Notes: generated by a model from the letters alone, not told the origin. A stretch of 48,955 nt of DNA from an uncultured Spirochaetota bacterium (GCA_963783575.1 CAWAOD010000007.1:1-48955); one strand, 5' to 3'. Shown: positions 1 to 9,970, counted from the stretch's first letter. Translations and numbers: made by a program.

Positions 1-137
1 CCCGCCACAGTAGGCTATCGATGAGCCTTGGCGGTAATATATGAAGTTTATCGCATTCTTTCTTGAACTAGCTCCATATTATCGTGAACTTAATTGTAGT
101 GCGAGTGTAACTCCTGTTCACCTCTCAGGTTCCGGGG

Positions 138-242
138 TTAGGCTAACTCTCCTGTTGGAACTGGCGGTGGAGGCTGTTTCTCAGCCAACACTTTCTCAAT
201 GACGGATCTTATATAATCTTCATCCATTTTATGTTTGCTCAT
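138..242 (-). CDS. 34-aa small ORF of unknown function inside an AT-rich segment
   Basis: Hand translation MSKHKMDEDYIRSVIEKVLAEKQPPPPVPTGELA*; TTGACA upstream at 271-276 on the minus strand. Confidence 0.3.
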   Translation of the reverse strand: MSKHKMDEDYIRSVIEKVLAEKQPPPPVPTGELA

Positions 243-294
243 GCTGTAGCCTGTAAAATCCTGTGAATTTTGTCAAGGCCGGAGAAAAAGTGCG

Positions 295-1089
295 GACAAA
301 AACACCGGCGCGCGGATACTCGGCGGCCAGAGCGGCATCGTCGGCGTCGGTCTTGATCGCAATCCTGCCGGAAAGTCTGAATTTGTCAACAAGCATTCTG
401 AGCCGTCGCTCCTCCGGACCCGCGCCGACAATGAGCGCCTGCCATTCAAGCGCGGCAGGGAGCGCGGCCACGCCTCAATGAAGAACACGGCGTGGCCTTT
501 ATCGGAAGAAGTCTGCCGACAGACAAAAGCCCGCCGTACCGTCGCATGAGCTTTGCCGGAACGGTTCCGGGGAAAGTTTAATGCGCGGCGGGTCAATAAC
601 GATGCTTCCCGGTAAAACCGGCGGTCCGAAGCAGCTCCGCCACACAGGCCGGAGTCGCAAAAGATTTTTCCGGCGCCGCGGAGAACACGTCTGAGGACTA
701 ATCCGCGCAGCGACGGTTTGCGCATGCCCAGCAGTTCGGTCCCATGGGCATAGACGCAATAATGCACGGGTCTGACGAGGGAAAGCAGCCAGGGGGCGAT
801 CGCGGCAGATACATTGCCGCATTCGATGTCGACCGAAGACATGCCTTTTTTCTTCATCGACAGCAGATGGAAAAACAGATTGACTATGGACCATTTTGTT
901 TTAGTGGGCGATAAAATGTTCGCATGCCAGGTAACGGCGCAGCGCAGTTCGGCGTAGCGCCTCTTATCCGCCGACGCGCGCCACAGGCGATCGATCGTCT
1001 TTCCCGGGAACCTGCGCCGCTTTTTCGAAGAGGATCTCTTCGATTCCTCCCTGTTCCGGGGGGAAATCAAGTGTCAACAGCAGTTTCAT
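295..1089 (-). pseudogene. Glycosyltransferase family 4 (GT-B), frameshifted and truncated at its 3' end
   Basis: Fragments MKLLLTLDFPPEQGGIE, VYAHGTEL, KGH, LIVGAGPEERRL and EYPRAGVFV; similarity stops near 295, before the expected PS/E-x7-E region. Confidence 0.75.
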
Positions 1090-2565
1090 GCGTCTCCCCG
1101 GTCTGGCGGCCCCACAGGCCCGTGAGCACGCCGTTCCAGAACCAGAAATAGAGCGGTTGTTTCCCGGGAAGGCGTGAATATGCGACCCGGTAATGCTGAT
1201 AATGGCAAAAACGATGTCCATTGTCACGACGGCCTTGGCAATGGTCACGGCGTAATCGGAACGGGAGCGGTCGATCACGGTGAACCCGTTTCTGATAAAA
1301 AAACAGGAGCACGATGATCATGATCATGCCGGGTAACCGAATACCGAAAGATACGTTATATAGAGCGAATCGGCGTTCAGCGCGCCTGTTCCGCGCCCGA
1401 ACACGGCAAGCTGCGGATCAATTGACATTTGAAATATAATTTTCCACAGGGCGATCCCGGGAAAGGAGTGAATACTCCTGGAACGGATTGCTCGATCGCG
1501 TTCGCCCTTTCGGTCACAAGCATGGTGAGCGTCTGGTTGGCGTGCTCGTTACCGCTGACGTTTGCGACAAAGGAGCCGACCCGATGCCCGGTCCGCACAA
1601 CCATTTCCAGGGCATCAAACAGCACGAAAGAACCTGCCATGAGCCCGAGGAAAACAAGGCGCTGCCGCGTTCCCTTTCACCCCTACAACCACGAACAGCC
1701 ATAGAAAAGTGAGAGCGCCATGCCAGATCCAGTTGGAACGGACCGACGTGATGAGCGCGCCGATCCAGAAGATCGGAAGCAGCAGCACGGCTGTTTTCCC
1801 TGAATATTTTTTCCATTCTGTAAATACTATGATGCCGATGACGCCCACCTGCATATAATCGGCAAACGAAGCGGGTGAGGTGAAAAAAGAAAACGGCCGC
1901 GCAATGCCTTTAATGAAAAGCGAGGAGAAATCAATCGAGGAGAACCATATTTTCTCCGCTTCGCTATACCCGAAAAGCGACTGCTTGAGGCCGTAGGTCA
2001 TGGCGATCACGCCGATCGCGATCGTTATTCCCCACAGGCGCTTCATATGTTTTTCTTCAAACGCATAGAGTATGCCGACGAAAAAAAGCAGGACCTGCGG
2101 TCCGTAATACCGGAAATGCAAAAGCGCTATTTTAAGAGGCTGTTCATTGTAGACGAACGTACGGAGGACCATATACAAAAAATAGAGCAGAACAAGGAAC
2201 GTTATTTTCTTTCTGAACGTTCCCTGCTGGATATGGTCACGGAAAACGAAAAAAAGGCCGAGCATCATGATTGCAAGGGTCAGGTCGCCGATCACGATCA
2301 GCGGGTCTGCCGTGGGCCGTGTGTAGGCGAGGTAATAGAGCCGTCGGATAAAGGGAATAAACGGCAGGAGGATGAACATACAGTAAACGCCTATGAGCGG
2401 ATAGCGCAGCACCGGATAAAACATGAGCAGGCCGAGAAGGACGACAAGTAGGAACTGGCTGGGCAGGTGCACGATCCTGAAGGCGACAATATTACCCACG
2501 ATCAGGATACCGGCAAATAAAACCAGCGAAAATATTTTTTGGCTCTGAACAGCCGAAGAAGGCAT
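1067..2565 (-). CDS. O-antigen ligase/Wzy_C-like membrane protein (frameshifted)
   Basis: Many TM segments, RPFSFFTSPASFA and ITSVRS motifs, hydrophobic C-terminal fragment, next to a glycosyltransferase. Confidence 0.7.
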
Positions 2566-2729
2566 CAGAGGATTTGCCGGTTGAAGAAAAAAAATGATTT
2601 ATTGGAACATAGCCATCACTATAATTATTATACAGGAATAATCATGCTAACGTCAATATCGGCAAGGAGATAGAAATAAATTGACTTCGCCGTTTAATTT
2701 TACCGATAAATGCTATATTATTACAACAT

Positions 2730-3014
2730 ATGATAAAAAATTCAGAAGCGGTTGCCGACCTGTTGAGCGATATTGTGCGTCAAGCACGTACCGGGGATTA
2801 CGGGGCCGTATCATCGCTGCTCAACCTGAGCATCCAGCGTATTCAGGTCGAGCTCGCCAGGGGGGACACGTCGCCGGCGGTCGTGGGGCAGGCTGCGGAT
2901 TTTCTCGAACATATGTTCGCTGCGCAGAAACGGGGCGACTGGGTGGATTTTGCCGATATTATTCGAGTTTTCTTTCCGTGAGTTCTGGATCAATAACTTT
3001 ACCGCGCCCTGCTG
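2730..3014 (+). CDS. Small helical hypothetical protein (probable frameshift near the 3' end)
   Basis: ORF 2730..2981 ending QKRGDWVDFADII; an alternate frame continues to TGA at 3014. Confidence 0.5.
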
Positions 3015-3054
3015 ATCCGCTTGTCGTTCTCCACAGAGAATGTGATATTCTTTT

Positions 3055-4155
3055 TTACAAAAAAGGTCGGACAGGGCGGGCCGTGTCTCCACCGCCGATC
3101 ATCGCGGCCGTCAACTGTCCGCAGGCGCCGGCGATGTCCTGGCCGCGGCTGGTGCGTACGGTCGCTGAAAGGCCGAGACCGTGCAGCAGGCTCGGCAAAC
3201 GTGCGAGGCGGCGTTGCGACAACGGGGCAACAGGGGCGACCGAGGAGATCGGGTTCAGCGGGATCAGGTTGATTTTGCAGGTGAGCGCCGCCGAGCAGTT
3301 TTTTCAGGGCCGCGGCTGGCTTCGGGCGTATCATTTTCCCCTTCGACAGACAACGTATTCAAACGTGACGCGGCGTCCGGTTTTTTCAAAGTACCGCTCC
3401 GCAATCTCTACCAGCGATTCGATCGGATATTTTTTATTGATCGGCATGATCGCGTAACGCTGTTCATTTGAGTAGCGTTGAGCGAAATGGCCAGCCCGAT
3501 GTTTAAACCCTCGGCCATGAGCCGTTCGATGGCGGGAATAACGCCGGCGGTCGAGACCGTGATCCGGCGGCCGCCGATGGCGAAGCAGTCGTTGTCCATG
3601 ATGATGGCAACGCTCGACCGGAAATTCTCGAAGATTGGAGAGCGCTTCGCCCATCCCCATAAAAACGATATTGGTGACGAGTTTGTCACTCTGGCCGCGC
3701 AATAATCGTTGATGCCGATGAGCTGGCCGATGATCTCTTCCTGGGACAGGTTGCGGATAAACCCCAGGCGGCCGGTTGCGCAGAAGGTGCAGCCCAGACC
3801 GCAGCCGAGCTGGCTCGAAAGGCAGGCGGTACGCCGGTCGCCGTCGATAAGCAGGACGCTTTCGATGATGTAGGGGGTGTCGATCAGGCCGAAACCGAAT
3901 TTGACCGCGTCGTTATTGCGCGACGTGACGACGGCGTCGGGCACGAGCTTTTCAAGGGAGAATATCCCGGCAAGTTTCTCTTGTGATGCACTCGCGACAT
4001 TGCGCATGGCATCAAACGAGTCGACCCGTTTCTGGTAGACCCATTTGATGACCTGGGGAGCGGAATGCCGGTTCACCGGAAGCAGCAATGGCTTTCCGCG
4101 CCTGTTCAAGCGGCAGGTTCTTGAGCCGGAGAAGATGAGGATGTCGTTCGTTCAT
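3055..4155 (-). CDS. rlmN: 23S rRNA (adenine2503-C2)/tRNA methyltransferase RlmN, radical SAM (frameshifted)
   Basis: CLSSQLGCGLGCTFCATG (CxxxCxxC), NIVFMGMGE, RRITVSTAG, LAISLNA, VTFEYV and C-terminal GACGQL. Confidence 0.93.
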
Positions 4156-4214
4156 AGGGAAAAGTTGAAATCACGCGGCTGCTCCAGAAGTCGCGGTGCT
4201 TCCGATTTTTTTTA

Positions 4215-4287
4215 CGCCCCCGTCCGTTCCTTCCCCGCAGGGGGAAGGGCATTTTGAAGTCTCCCTGACGAGGGAGATTCTGGGGCG
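4215..4287. repeat. GC-rich nested palindrome (REP-like)
   Basis: CGCCCC...GGGGCG encloses the hairpins CCTTCCCC-GCAG-GGGGAAGG and TCTCCCT-GACG-AGGGAGA. Confidence 0.6.
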
Positions 4288-4342
4288 CGAACAGGCTTTG
4301 CTTCGGGGTATTCATTAAAAACCTACATTCCGGAAAGTGTAA

Positions 4343-4770
4343 TTGTCAAAACATACCGGGAATTGGAACAGTCTCAGCACTGGTTTGTCGGGAATAGCTG
4401 TTAAATCACTTGCGATAGCCGACACTGCGCTCTTTGCCGGCACGGACGGTGCTTCTGTCTGGCGTCTTTCCCTTTATTCCGGAACCACGGCCATTAAACC
4501 TCATGTAGAAAAATTGAACCAGACATGCTCGTTTGATGTCCGGAACGGTTTTATGCGCTACACGCTCCAGGAAAAAACTTCTGTCAGTATAAAGCTGCTA
4601 AGTATTGACTGAAGGTATATCACTGCCCTCGTCAAGCGCGAACAGTCGCCCGGCAGCTATTAGTTGCCGATATAATCAGCATTCTTGGCAAAAGGCTGTT
4701 ACGTTTTGTCATTCGAGGCCGGGAGCTTAAAAATAAGACGAATGGTCGCGGTGGTGGATAAAAAACGAAC
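4343..4770 (+). pseudogene. Orphan decayed copy of the 3' end (last repeat plus C-terminal sorting domain) of the gene at 38952-41058
   Basis: Colinear nucleotide similarity to about 40614-40960; in-frame stops TGA, TAG and TAA where the paralogue has GGA, TCG and AAA. Confidence 0.85.
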
Positions 4771-5013
4771 CTTTAATTATTTACAAAGAGATATTTCGGG
4801 CGTTTCCCCTGTCTGCCATCGGCGGGCGGGGCCGGTTCTTGTTAAAACCTTCCCTCTATTCGGTCTCTCTTAATAAACTTATCATTTTATCATGTTGTCA
4901 AAACCGGGAATGTCTATCCTGATTTGATAAACCCGTATTGTGGAAGAAAGAGTCTGCTTTCTGCGCCGGATTTGCTTATATTAATTGCATAATGGCATAA
5001 GAAAGGGGACGGT

Positions 5014-6501
5014 ATGTTCCATAAAAAGATAGTGTTCGTTCTTCTTGCCTGCAGCCTCTCTTCATTTGCTTCCCTTGTTTCAGTCAGCGGCACGATTCCT
5101 CCGGCACGACGTGGAATGTTGACACTGTCGTTGTTACGGGCGATGTCACGGTGAACACCGGGGTGGTTTTGAACGTTGCCGCAGGCCACGCTCGTGCAAG
5201 CGGCCCGTCAATACCAGATCGCGGTCAACGGCCGGATCGTGGCGTCCGGCGCGGCGGGCAACTCCGTCGTGTTCACGGCGCAGGACACGGCCGCGGGCTG
5301 GCATGGGACTGCTTTCAGCAATTCAGGATCAACAAGCGATACCTCGAAATTCAACTGCTGCATAATCGAATATGCGAGAAAACAAGCGCGGGCGGCGCCA
5401 TTGCGGCAGGCTCCGCGAAAATCCGCATCACCCGCTCTGTCCTGCGCTGCGATTCCGGGTACCGACGGCGGCGCGCTCTATTGCCCGGGGCAGGGGTACT
5501 CATTGACAGTTGTTTTTTTTCCCGCAATACCGCTTCGGGCAAGGGCGGGGCGTACTACAAGTATCAGGCCAACATCCCCACGGTGACAAACAGCACGTTC
5601 AGCGACAACACGGCTTACGACGGCGGCGCGGTATACCTGGACGGGTGGTTCGGCAATTTCGACCGCTGCAACTTTATTCATAATTTCGCGTTGCATTACG
5701 GCGGCGGCGCGTACGTCTATAACGGCCCGTCCAACTTCTATAACTGCCGCTTCAGCCACGACAGCGCGGGTCAGCAAGGCGGCGGCCTGTATGACTGCGA
5801 CGAGTACTCGTCGTACCGTTACTATACGGGCTGTCTGTTCGACAACAACAGGGCAGGTGCGTCAGGAGGCGGAGCCTATATATACGATTTCGGGCTCGGC
5901 ATGACGTCGGAGTTTATCAACTGTACGATCACGGGCAATAAGGCGCCCACCGGCGGGGGAGTGCTGAGCTACGCGGTCACCGTGTATATCATCAACTCAA
6001 TCCTCTGGGGAAACAGTGCAACGGGAAGCGGCCCGCAGTTCAGCGCGGGCGGGACATATGGGTACGACAACACCAACCTTTACATAAAGTATTCCACGAT
6101 CCAGGGAGGCTGGAATACAATCGGCGGCAGCGCGTATAATGTGCGGAACGACACGGCCCTGTCGCTCCTTAATCCGCTTTTCAGCGACACACTGTCCGGT
6201 GATTACCGGCTGGTCGCACCGTCTCCCTGCATCGACTCGGGACGTGTTGATACTCTCGGATCGGGTGCCGCCGTTTGACCTCGCCGGCCTGCCGCGTTAT
6301 ATGAACGGCCGGATCGACCGGGGCGCATATGAGTATCAGCCGACTGTCTTCGCCTCGTCAAAACCCTTCAGACGCATGGCTGCGCCTGCGGCAAGGCCGC
6401 TCCGTTTCTTTGATTTCCGGGGACGTACGATCGACAGCCGCGGCTCCCGGGTCTGCGTCGCATCCGGCAAGGGCGTCATCGTCTCGCTGCCTGTGCAGTA
6501 G
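5014..6501 (+). CDS. Secreted right-handed beta-helix protein (Pmp-like GGA repeats, choice-of-anchor-Q-like end), frameshifted
   Basis: Signal peptide MFHKKIVFVLLACSL; repeated FxxN...GGAVY/GGGAY; DYRLxxxSPCIDSG and DLAGxPR..IDRGAYE. Confidence 0.8.
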
Positions 6502-6595
6502 CAGGAGCCCCTGATTGCAGATTAAACCATGTGCGGTTTATTTTCATTACATGCGCCCCTGGGTGCCCTGCGTGATTGCGCAGGTTACAAGAACA

Positions 6596-7723
6596 TCAAG
6601 GAACCGCGATCCTGAGCGCAACAGCCCTTTCCTTTCCGCTCACCATGACCACATACACGCCGCTGGGCTTGTTCTTAAACGCAAACTGGCGCTGCGCCGC
6701 GACGGCGGTGGCGACCACTCTGCCCCGGGTGTCAATCACCCGCACCCGGCTGTTTTCTCCGGCGCCTTGCAGGCGGACGATACCGGCGCAGTAGGTTGCT
6801 GAAAGATAATCGCGAGTGGCCTGATAGCCCGGAATCGATTGCCGTGAGATTCCCGTAGGGCCTGTCAGGGAGAACTGCTTGAAAAACGCCCACACTTCAT
6901 CGGCTTGGTTTAACCTGGTCGCCGCAGGCCATTGATGTCCCTCCCCCTGTATCGAATCCGCTATCACGTAGGTTCCTTGGGCGCATGGCCCGTAGGTGAT
7001 TCTGGTCACTCCGGAATTCGGACTGGTCGGAGGATACGGCCGCGTTATCTTTGGCGTGGAAGGACAGGTATCCAATTTCAACCAGATATTGAGATCATCG
7101 ATAAATGTGGATGGAACCGTTATATCTTGTGTTCCGAATGTCATAAATACGGAAATCGGACGTTTGAGAGGGCATGTCGTGTTGGAATGGCCGGACACCG
7201 GAGCTACCGCGGCAAAAACATTGGCGTAGCTGCATGAGGCAACGAAGCTAATCATCCCGCCCTGGGAAAATCCCGTCATGTAGACCCTGTTTCTATCGAT
7301 ATGGTACATTGCGTCAATCGTATCGATGACCGCCAGGAAAAAGGGAAAATTCGTCGTGCCCTGCATATCAGCCCATGTCCCGGCGGTCCCGTTGCTGGAA
7401 GCGCTGGGATAGACGGAAATGAATTTTTCCCTGTCCGCGGTAGCATCTCCTTTGGTTTCAGTCTCAAAAGCCGGGCCGCTTCCGTTGGCGCCATGGACAA
7501 AAAAGACAAGCGCGGGTTTGTTTATTCCGCTCGGAACATGCCAGACACAACTGTGCGTAGTTCCGTTAACGGTAAAAGTTTTGGTCACCGTCGTCTGCGC
7601 CAGTCCGGCTGCCGCGAGCGAAACAACAAGGACCGGGATTAAAAAAAATTGGCGGTTGATGGGGCCTCCTTTTTCCTGCAACATGGTTCTATTAAGAGTG
7701 GTCATGGGCCGAAGGGAACACAA
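6596..7723 (-). CDS. Secreted alpha/beta-hydrolase esterase (PHB depolymerase/LpqC/CE1-like) with C-terminal sorting domain; true start probably near 7660-7705
   Basis: VHGANG, IDRNRVYMTGFSQGG nucleophile elbow, GTQD, GEGHQWP; signal peptide; C-terminal IDTRGRVV...SGVYVV. Confidence 0.85.
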   Translation of the reverse strand: MCSLRPMTTLNRTMLQEKGGPINRQFFLIPVLVVSLAAAGLAQTTVTKTFTVNGTTHSCVWHVPSGINKPALVFFVHGANGSGPAFETETKGDATADREKFISVYPSASSNGTAGTWADMQGTTNFPFFLAVIDTIDAMYHIDRNRVYMTGFSQGGMISFVASCSYANVFAAVAPVSGHSNTTCPLKRPISVFMTFGTQDITVPSTFIDDLNIWLKLDTCPSTPKITRPYPPTSPNSGVTRITYGPCAQGTYVIADSIQGEGHQWPAATRLNQADEVWAFFKQFSLTGPTGISRQSIPGYQATRDYLSATYCAGIVRLQGAGENSRVRVIDTRGRVVATAVAAQRQFAFKNKPSGVYVVMVSGKERAVALRIAVP

Positions 7724-7852
7724 TTAAAAATATACACATAACGGGTATCTTTTGTCAAAAATAAAAATGGCTGATTATCAACCGGAACAGTTTTTCCCGT
7801 CGGCGTTCTTTTTAATGATGTTATTGAGGTCGTGGGTAGTGCGAAGTAAGCT

Positions 7853-7930
7853 AAAATAAAAAGGGAGTGGACCGATATGGCTACCGGTTACCACTCCCCG
7901 CAGAGAACATGCTGTGAGGCATGTAGGTGC
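7853..7930 (-). ncRNA. Candidate small RNA or leader with two hairpins and an intrinsic terminator
   Basis: Hairpin ACATGC-N6-GCATGT, then a GGGAGTGG/CCACTCCC stem followed by a U-run on the minus strand; TTGAAT-N18-TATATT upstream (7964-7935). Confidence 0.4.
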
Positions 7931-7983
7931 AATTAATATATAATGGTTGGAACGTAATATTCAACAATTTTTCAGGTAGTGTC

Positions 7984-8820
7984 TCAGTTTGACTTCTTAT
8001 TCAACAAACCCGCCAAATCCTGAATAGTCCAGAGCTTATTTGTAATTCCTGCCGCCATAGCCGGAGTAACGCGAAGCGTCTTATGAAGCCGAACAAAGTT
8101 ATAATACATGAAGTGCAGGGCTATTGCGTGTTTATGGTTTTCGATCTTCTTTGAAAAGGCATTCGTCAGTCTGGTGAATCTCCGCATCGACATTCTCATA
8201 GTAAGATTCTGACGCTCAACGTGGCTCGTGGAAATATGCTCTGCTTCCGGTTTGCCCATTACTATTTCCTTATTCGATCCGGTGCATACTGCCGGACTAT
8301 AGCGGTGTTCAGGATCAACGGAAGGGCCGTAGAGCTTCACTAAACGAGCGAAGTCTATATCGGCACCGAAACTATCTTCGACCGCTTCCAAGTAGGCTTT
8401 TAGGCCGTCTGTGGTAAGTTGGACTCGATTCTTAAGCCGTGCCGCAACGTCACGCATCAGTATCTTTGCGTATTCCGCATCCCTGTTTCCAACAAGCCAC
8501 GAAACGGCGAGCTTTGAATCAGAATCAAGAGCTACCCATGTCCAGATACTTCCAACACCGAATTGACCGCGCATATGTTCAGGAAGGTTCTTTTCTTTCG
8601 CATAGATGAATGACCATATCTCATCACACTGAATACGCTTCGTAGAGATATTGCGGACATTCTCATCATGGAATTTTTGACAGGCGGTTCCAAGATTAAC
8701 AAGGAGCTTCGTCACTGTGTTTATAGAAACATCCGCAAGGCGAGAGGTGGCGCGGAGACTGTTACCCTCTACGAGAAGGCCGATAATCTGAATCTGTTTT
8801 TCGAGAGATAGTCTATTCAT
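7984..8820 (-). CDS. IS1-family DDE transposase
   Basis: N-terminal HTH (EGNSLRATSRLADVSINTV), QCDEIW, LTTDG, STSHVERQNLTMR, RRFTRLTNAFSKK; stop codon lies inside the TIR. Confidence 0.95.
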   Translation of the reverse strand: MNRLSLEKQIQIIGLLVEGNSLRATSRLADVSINTVTKLLVNLGTACQKFHDENVRNISTKRIQCDEIWSFIYAKEKNLPEHMRGQFGVGSIWTWVALDSDSKLAVSWLVGNRDAEYAKILMRDVAARLKNRVQLTTDGLKAYLEAVEDSFGADIDFARLVKLYGPSVDPEHRYSPAVCTGSNKEIVMGKPEAEHISTSHVERQNLTMRMSMRRFTRLTNAFSKKIENHKHAIALHFMYYNFVRLHKTLRVTPAMAAGITNKLWTIQDLAGLLNKKSN

Positions 8821-8846
8821 ATTGACTCCTTTTTCTTCTTACTTAT

Positions 8847-8880
8847 AATATAACATATTATGCTTAAGGAGTCAAGCATA
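8847..8880 (-). promoter_or_regulatory. Transposase sigma70 promoter with overlapping palindromic operator
   Basis: TTGACT-N17-TATATT; TATGCTT-N8-AAGCATA at 8859-8880. Confidence 0.75.
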
Positions 8881-8904
8881 AAATTCAGTTTGAATAAATT
8901 AATT

Positions 8905-8931
8905 AAAAAGGGGAAGTTTTTAGCTTCCCCC
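8905..8931 (-). terminator. Intrinsic terminator after the 42-aa ORF
   Basis: GGGGAAG/CTTCCCC stem followed by U5 on the minus strand. Confidence 0.65.
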
Positions 8932-8937
8932 TTCTGC

Positions 8938-9066
8938 TTACTTCTTGAATGTTATCGGAAAGCACTTCTTCCCGTATGCCGCAGCAAAAATTAATTTTTT
9001 ACTGCGCCAATGACGGAAATGTGTTACCATCCGACGCGCTCGCGTCCGAGGCAATATCTTCTCCAT
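8938..9066 (-). CDS. 42-aa basic small protein (below the ORF-track cutoff)
   Basis: MEKILPRTRARRMVTHFRHWRSKKLIFAAAYGKKCFPITFKK*; AGAGAGGA RBS upstream; terminator directly downstream. Confidence 0.65.
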   Translation of the reverse strand: MEKILPRTRARRMVTHFRHWRSKKLIFAAAYGKKCFPITFKK

Positions 9067-9092
9067 CTGAGGCCAATCCTCTCTATCGACAC

Positions 9093-9121
9093 TTGCATAA
9101 AATGGCCCCAAATGGTATATT
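9093..9121 (+). promoter_or_regulatory. Sigma70 promoter with extended -10, driving a candidate sRNA
   Basis: TTGCAT-N17-TATATT with TGn directly before the -10. Confidence 0.65.
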
Positions 9122-9126
9122 TAAGG

Positions 9127-9218
9127 TGTCTAAGCATTTGAGGGCCACCCCTTTTCATTGGATAAAGGGGAACCAGTGTTGAGGCTTGTTCTGCACTAAC
9201 AGAACAAGCCTTTTTTAT
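9127..9218 (+). ncRNA. Candidate ~90-nt small RNA
   Basis: Lies between the promoter and a perfect 12-bp terminator stem; internal CCCCTTT/AAAGGGG hairpin; no credible ORF. Confidence 0.55.
9182..9218 (+). terminator. Intrinsic terminator
   Basis: AGGCTTGTTCTG-CACTAA-CAGAACAAGCCT followed by TTTTT. Confidence 0.8.
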
Positions 9219-9240
9219 TTCATAATCATTTCTCTCCTAA

Positions 9241-9708
9241 TTAATAAGGTAAATTTTCTTCACTATTTTCTGGCGGTTTTTGTGGTATAGGATATTCTTT
9301 CAAGCCAAATACATTAGGCCCGGACTTAACAAATATTTGATTTTGTAAAGAATAAGTATTCAACGACCATCCCAATGATACCCGATGAGATCGTGTATTA
9401 TCAACGCTTATGCCATTTAAAATTTCTGATATATGCGCTGGTTTCCCATGTTTTTGTAAAAACATTCTTGCTTTGTAGGGCAAGCTATCTATTCTTAACC
9501 CTCTTTCCTTTGATTCAACAGGAACATCTTCTTTTTCAGAAGAAATAATACCTATCGTACCAGCAGATTTTATTGCATCCTGCAAGCCTGAAATATAACC
9601 CTGTATTTTTTCTATTTCTAACAATCGGCCCTGTATTTCTGCCCTAATCTTTTCAATCTCATTTTTTTTCTTTTCTACCTTGCGTTCTAAATCTTGTCGA
9701 AGTCCCAT
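9241..9708 (-). CDS. Coiled-coil plus HARE-HTH-like winged-helix protein
   Basis: N-terminal coiled coil; C-terminal LQKHGKPAHISEIL...IFVKSGPNVFGLKEY; RBS before ATG 9708. Confidence 0.7.
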   Translation of the reverse strand: MGLRQDLERKVEKKKNEIEKIRAEIQGRLLEIEKIQGYISGLQDAIKSAGTIGIISSEKEDVPVESKERGLRIDSLPYKARMFLQKHGKPAHISEILNGISVDNTRSHRVSLGWSLNTYSLQNQIFVKSGPNVFGLKEYPIPQKPPENSEENLPY

Positions 9709-9747
9709 TGTACGCCCCTTTTGAGGTGATATTGATTGACGTGACAA

Positions 9748-9776
9748 AATATAGTTTGCAATCACATCAATGTCAA
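9748..9776 (-). promoter_or_regulatory. Sigma70 promoter of the HARE-HTH-like gene
   Basis: TTGACA-N17-TATATT. Confidence 0.7.
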
Positions 9777-9970
9777 ATTATATTTACTGTGTCTGAAAAA
9801 AGTTCGGTTTTTATGCTATGATAAAGCATAAAAAGTATATTTGTATTGTATGGTTATTTAGTATCTTTAAAGTAAGCATTGTTGAAGCAACTTAAGTAAA
9901 GATTGATTATATAAATCTTGATGTGTCCGTATAGTTTTAACCTTACAAACATTAGGAAGAAGGTGTTGTT

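Noticed and set aside
286..300. Group II intron 5' end (GTGCG at 290)
   Set aside because: The motif points into the glycosyltransferase rather than into the insertion, and no domain V or RT is visible
7658..7672. Non-canonical ATC start after AAAGGAGG for the esterase
   Set aside because: The spacing is only 4 nt, in-frame ATGs lie upstream, and the sequence is error-prone
8949..9182. 77-aa plus-strand ORF from the ORF track
   Set aside because: No RBS or recognisable motif; the opposite-strand 42-aa ORF has an RBS and terminator and explains the region better
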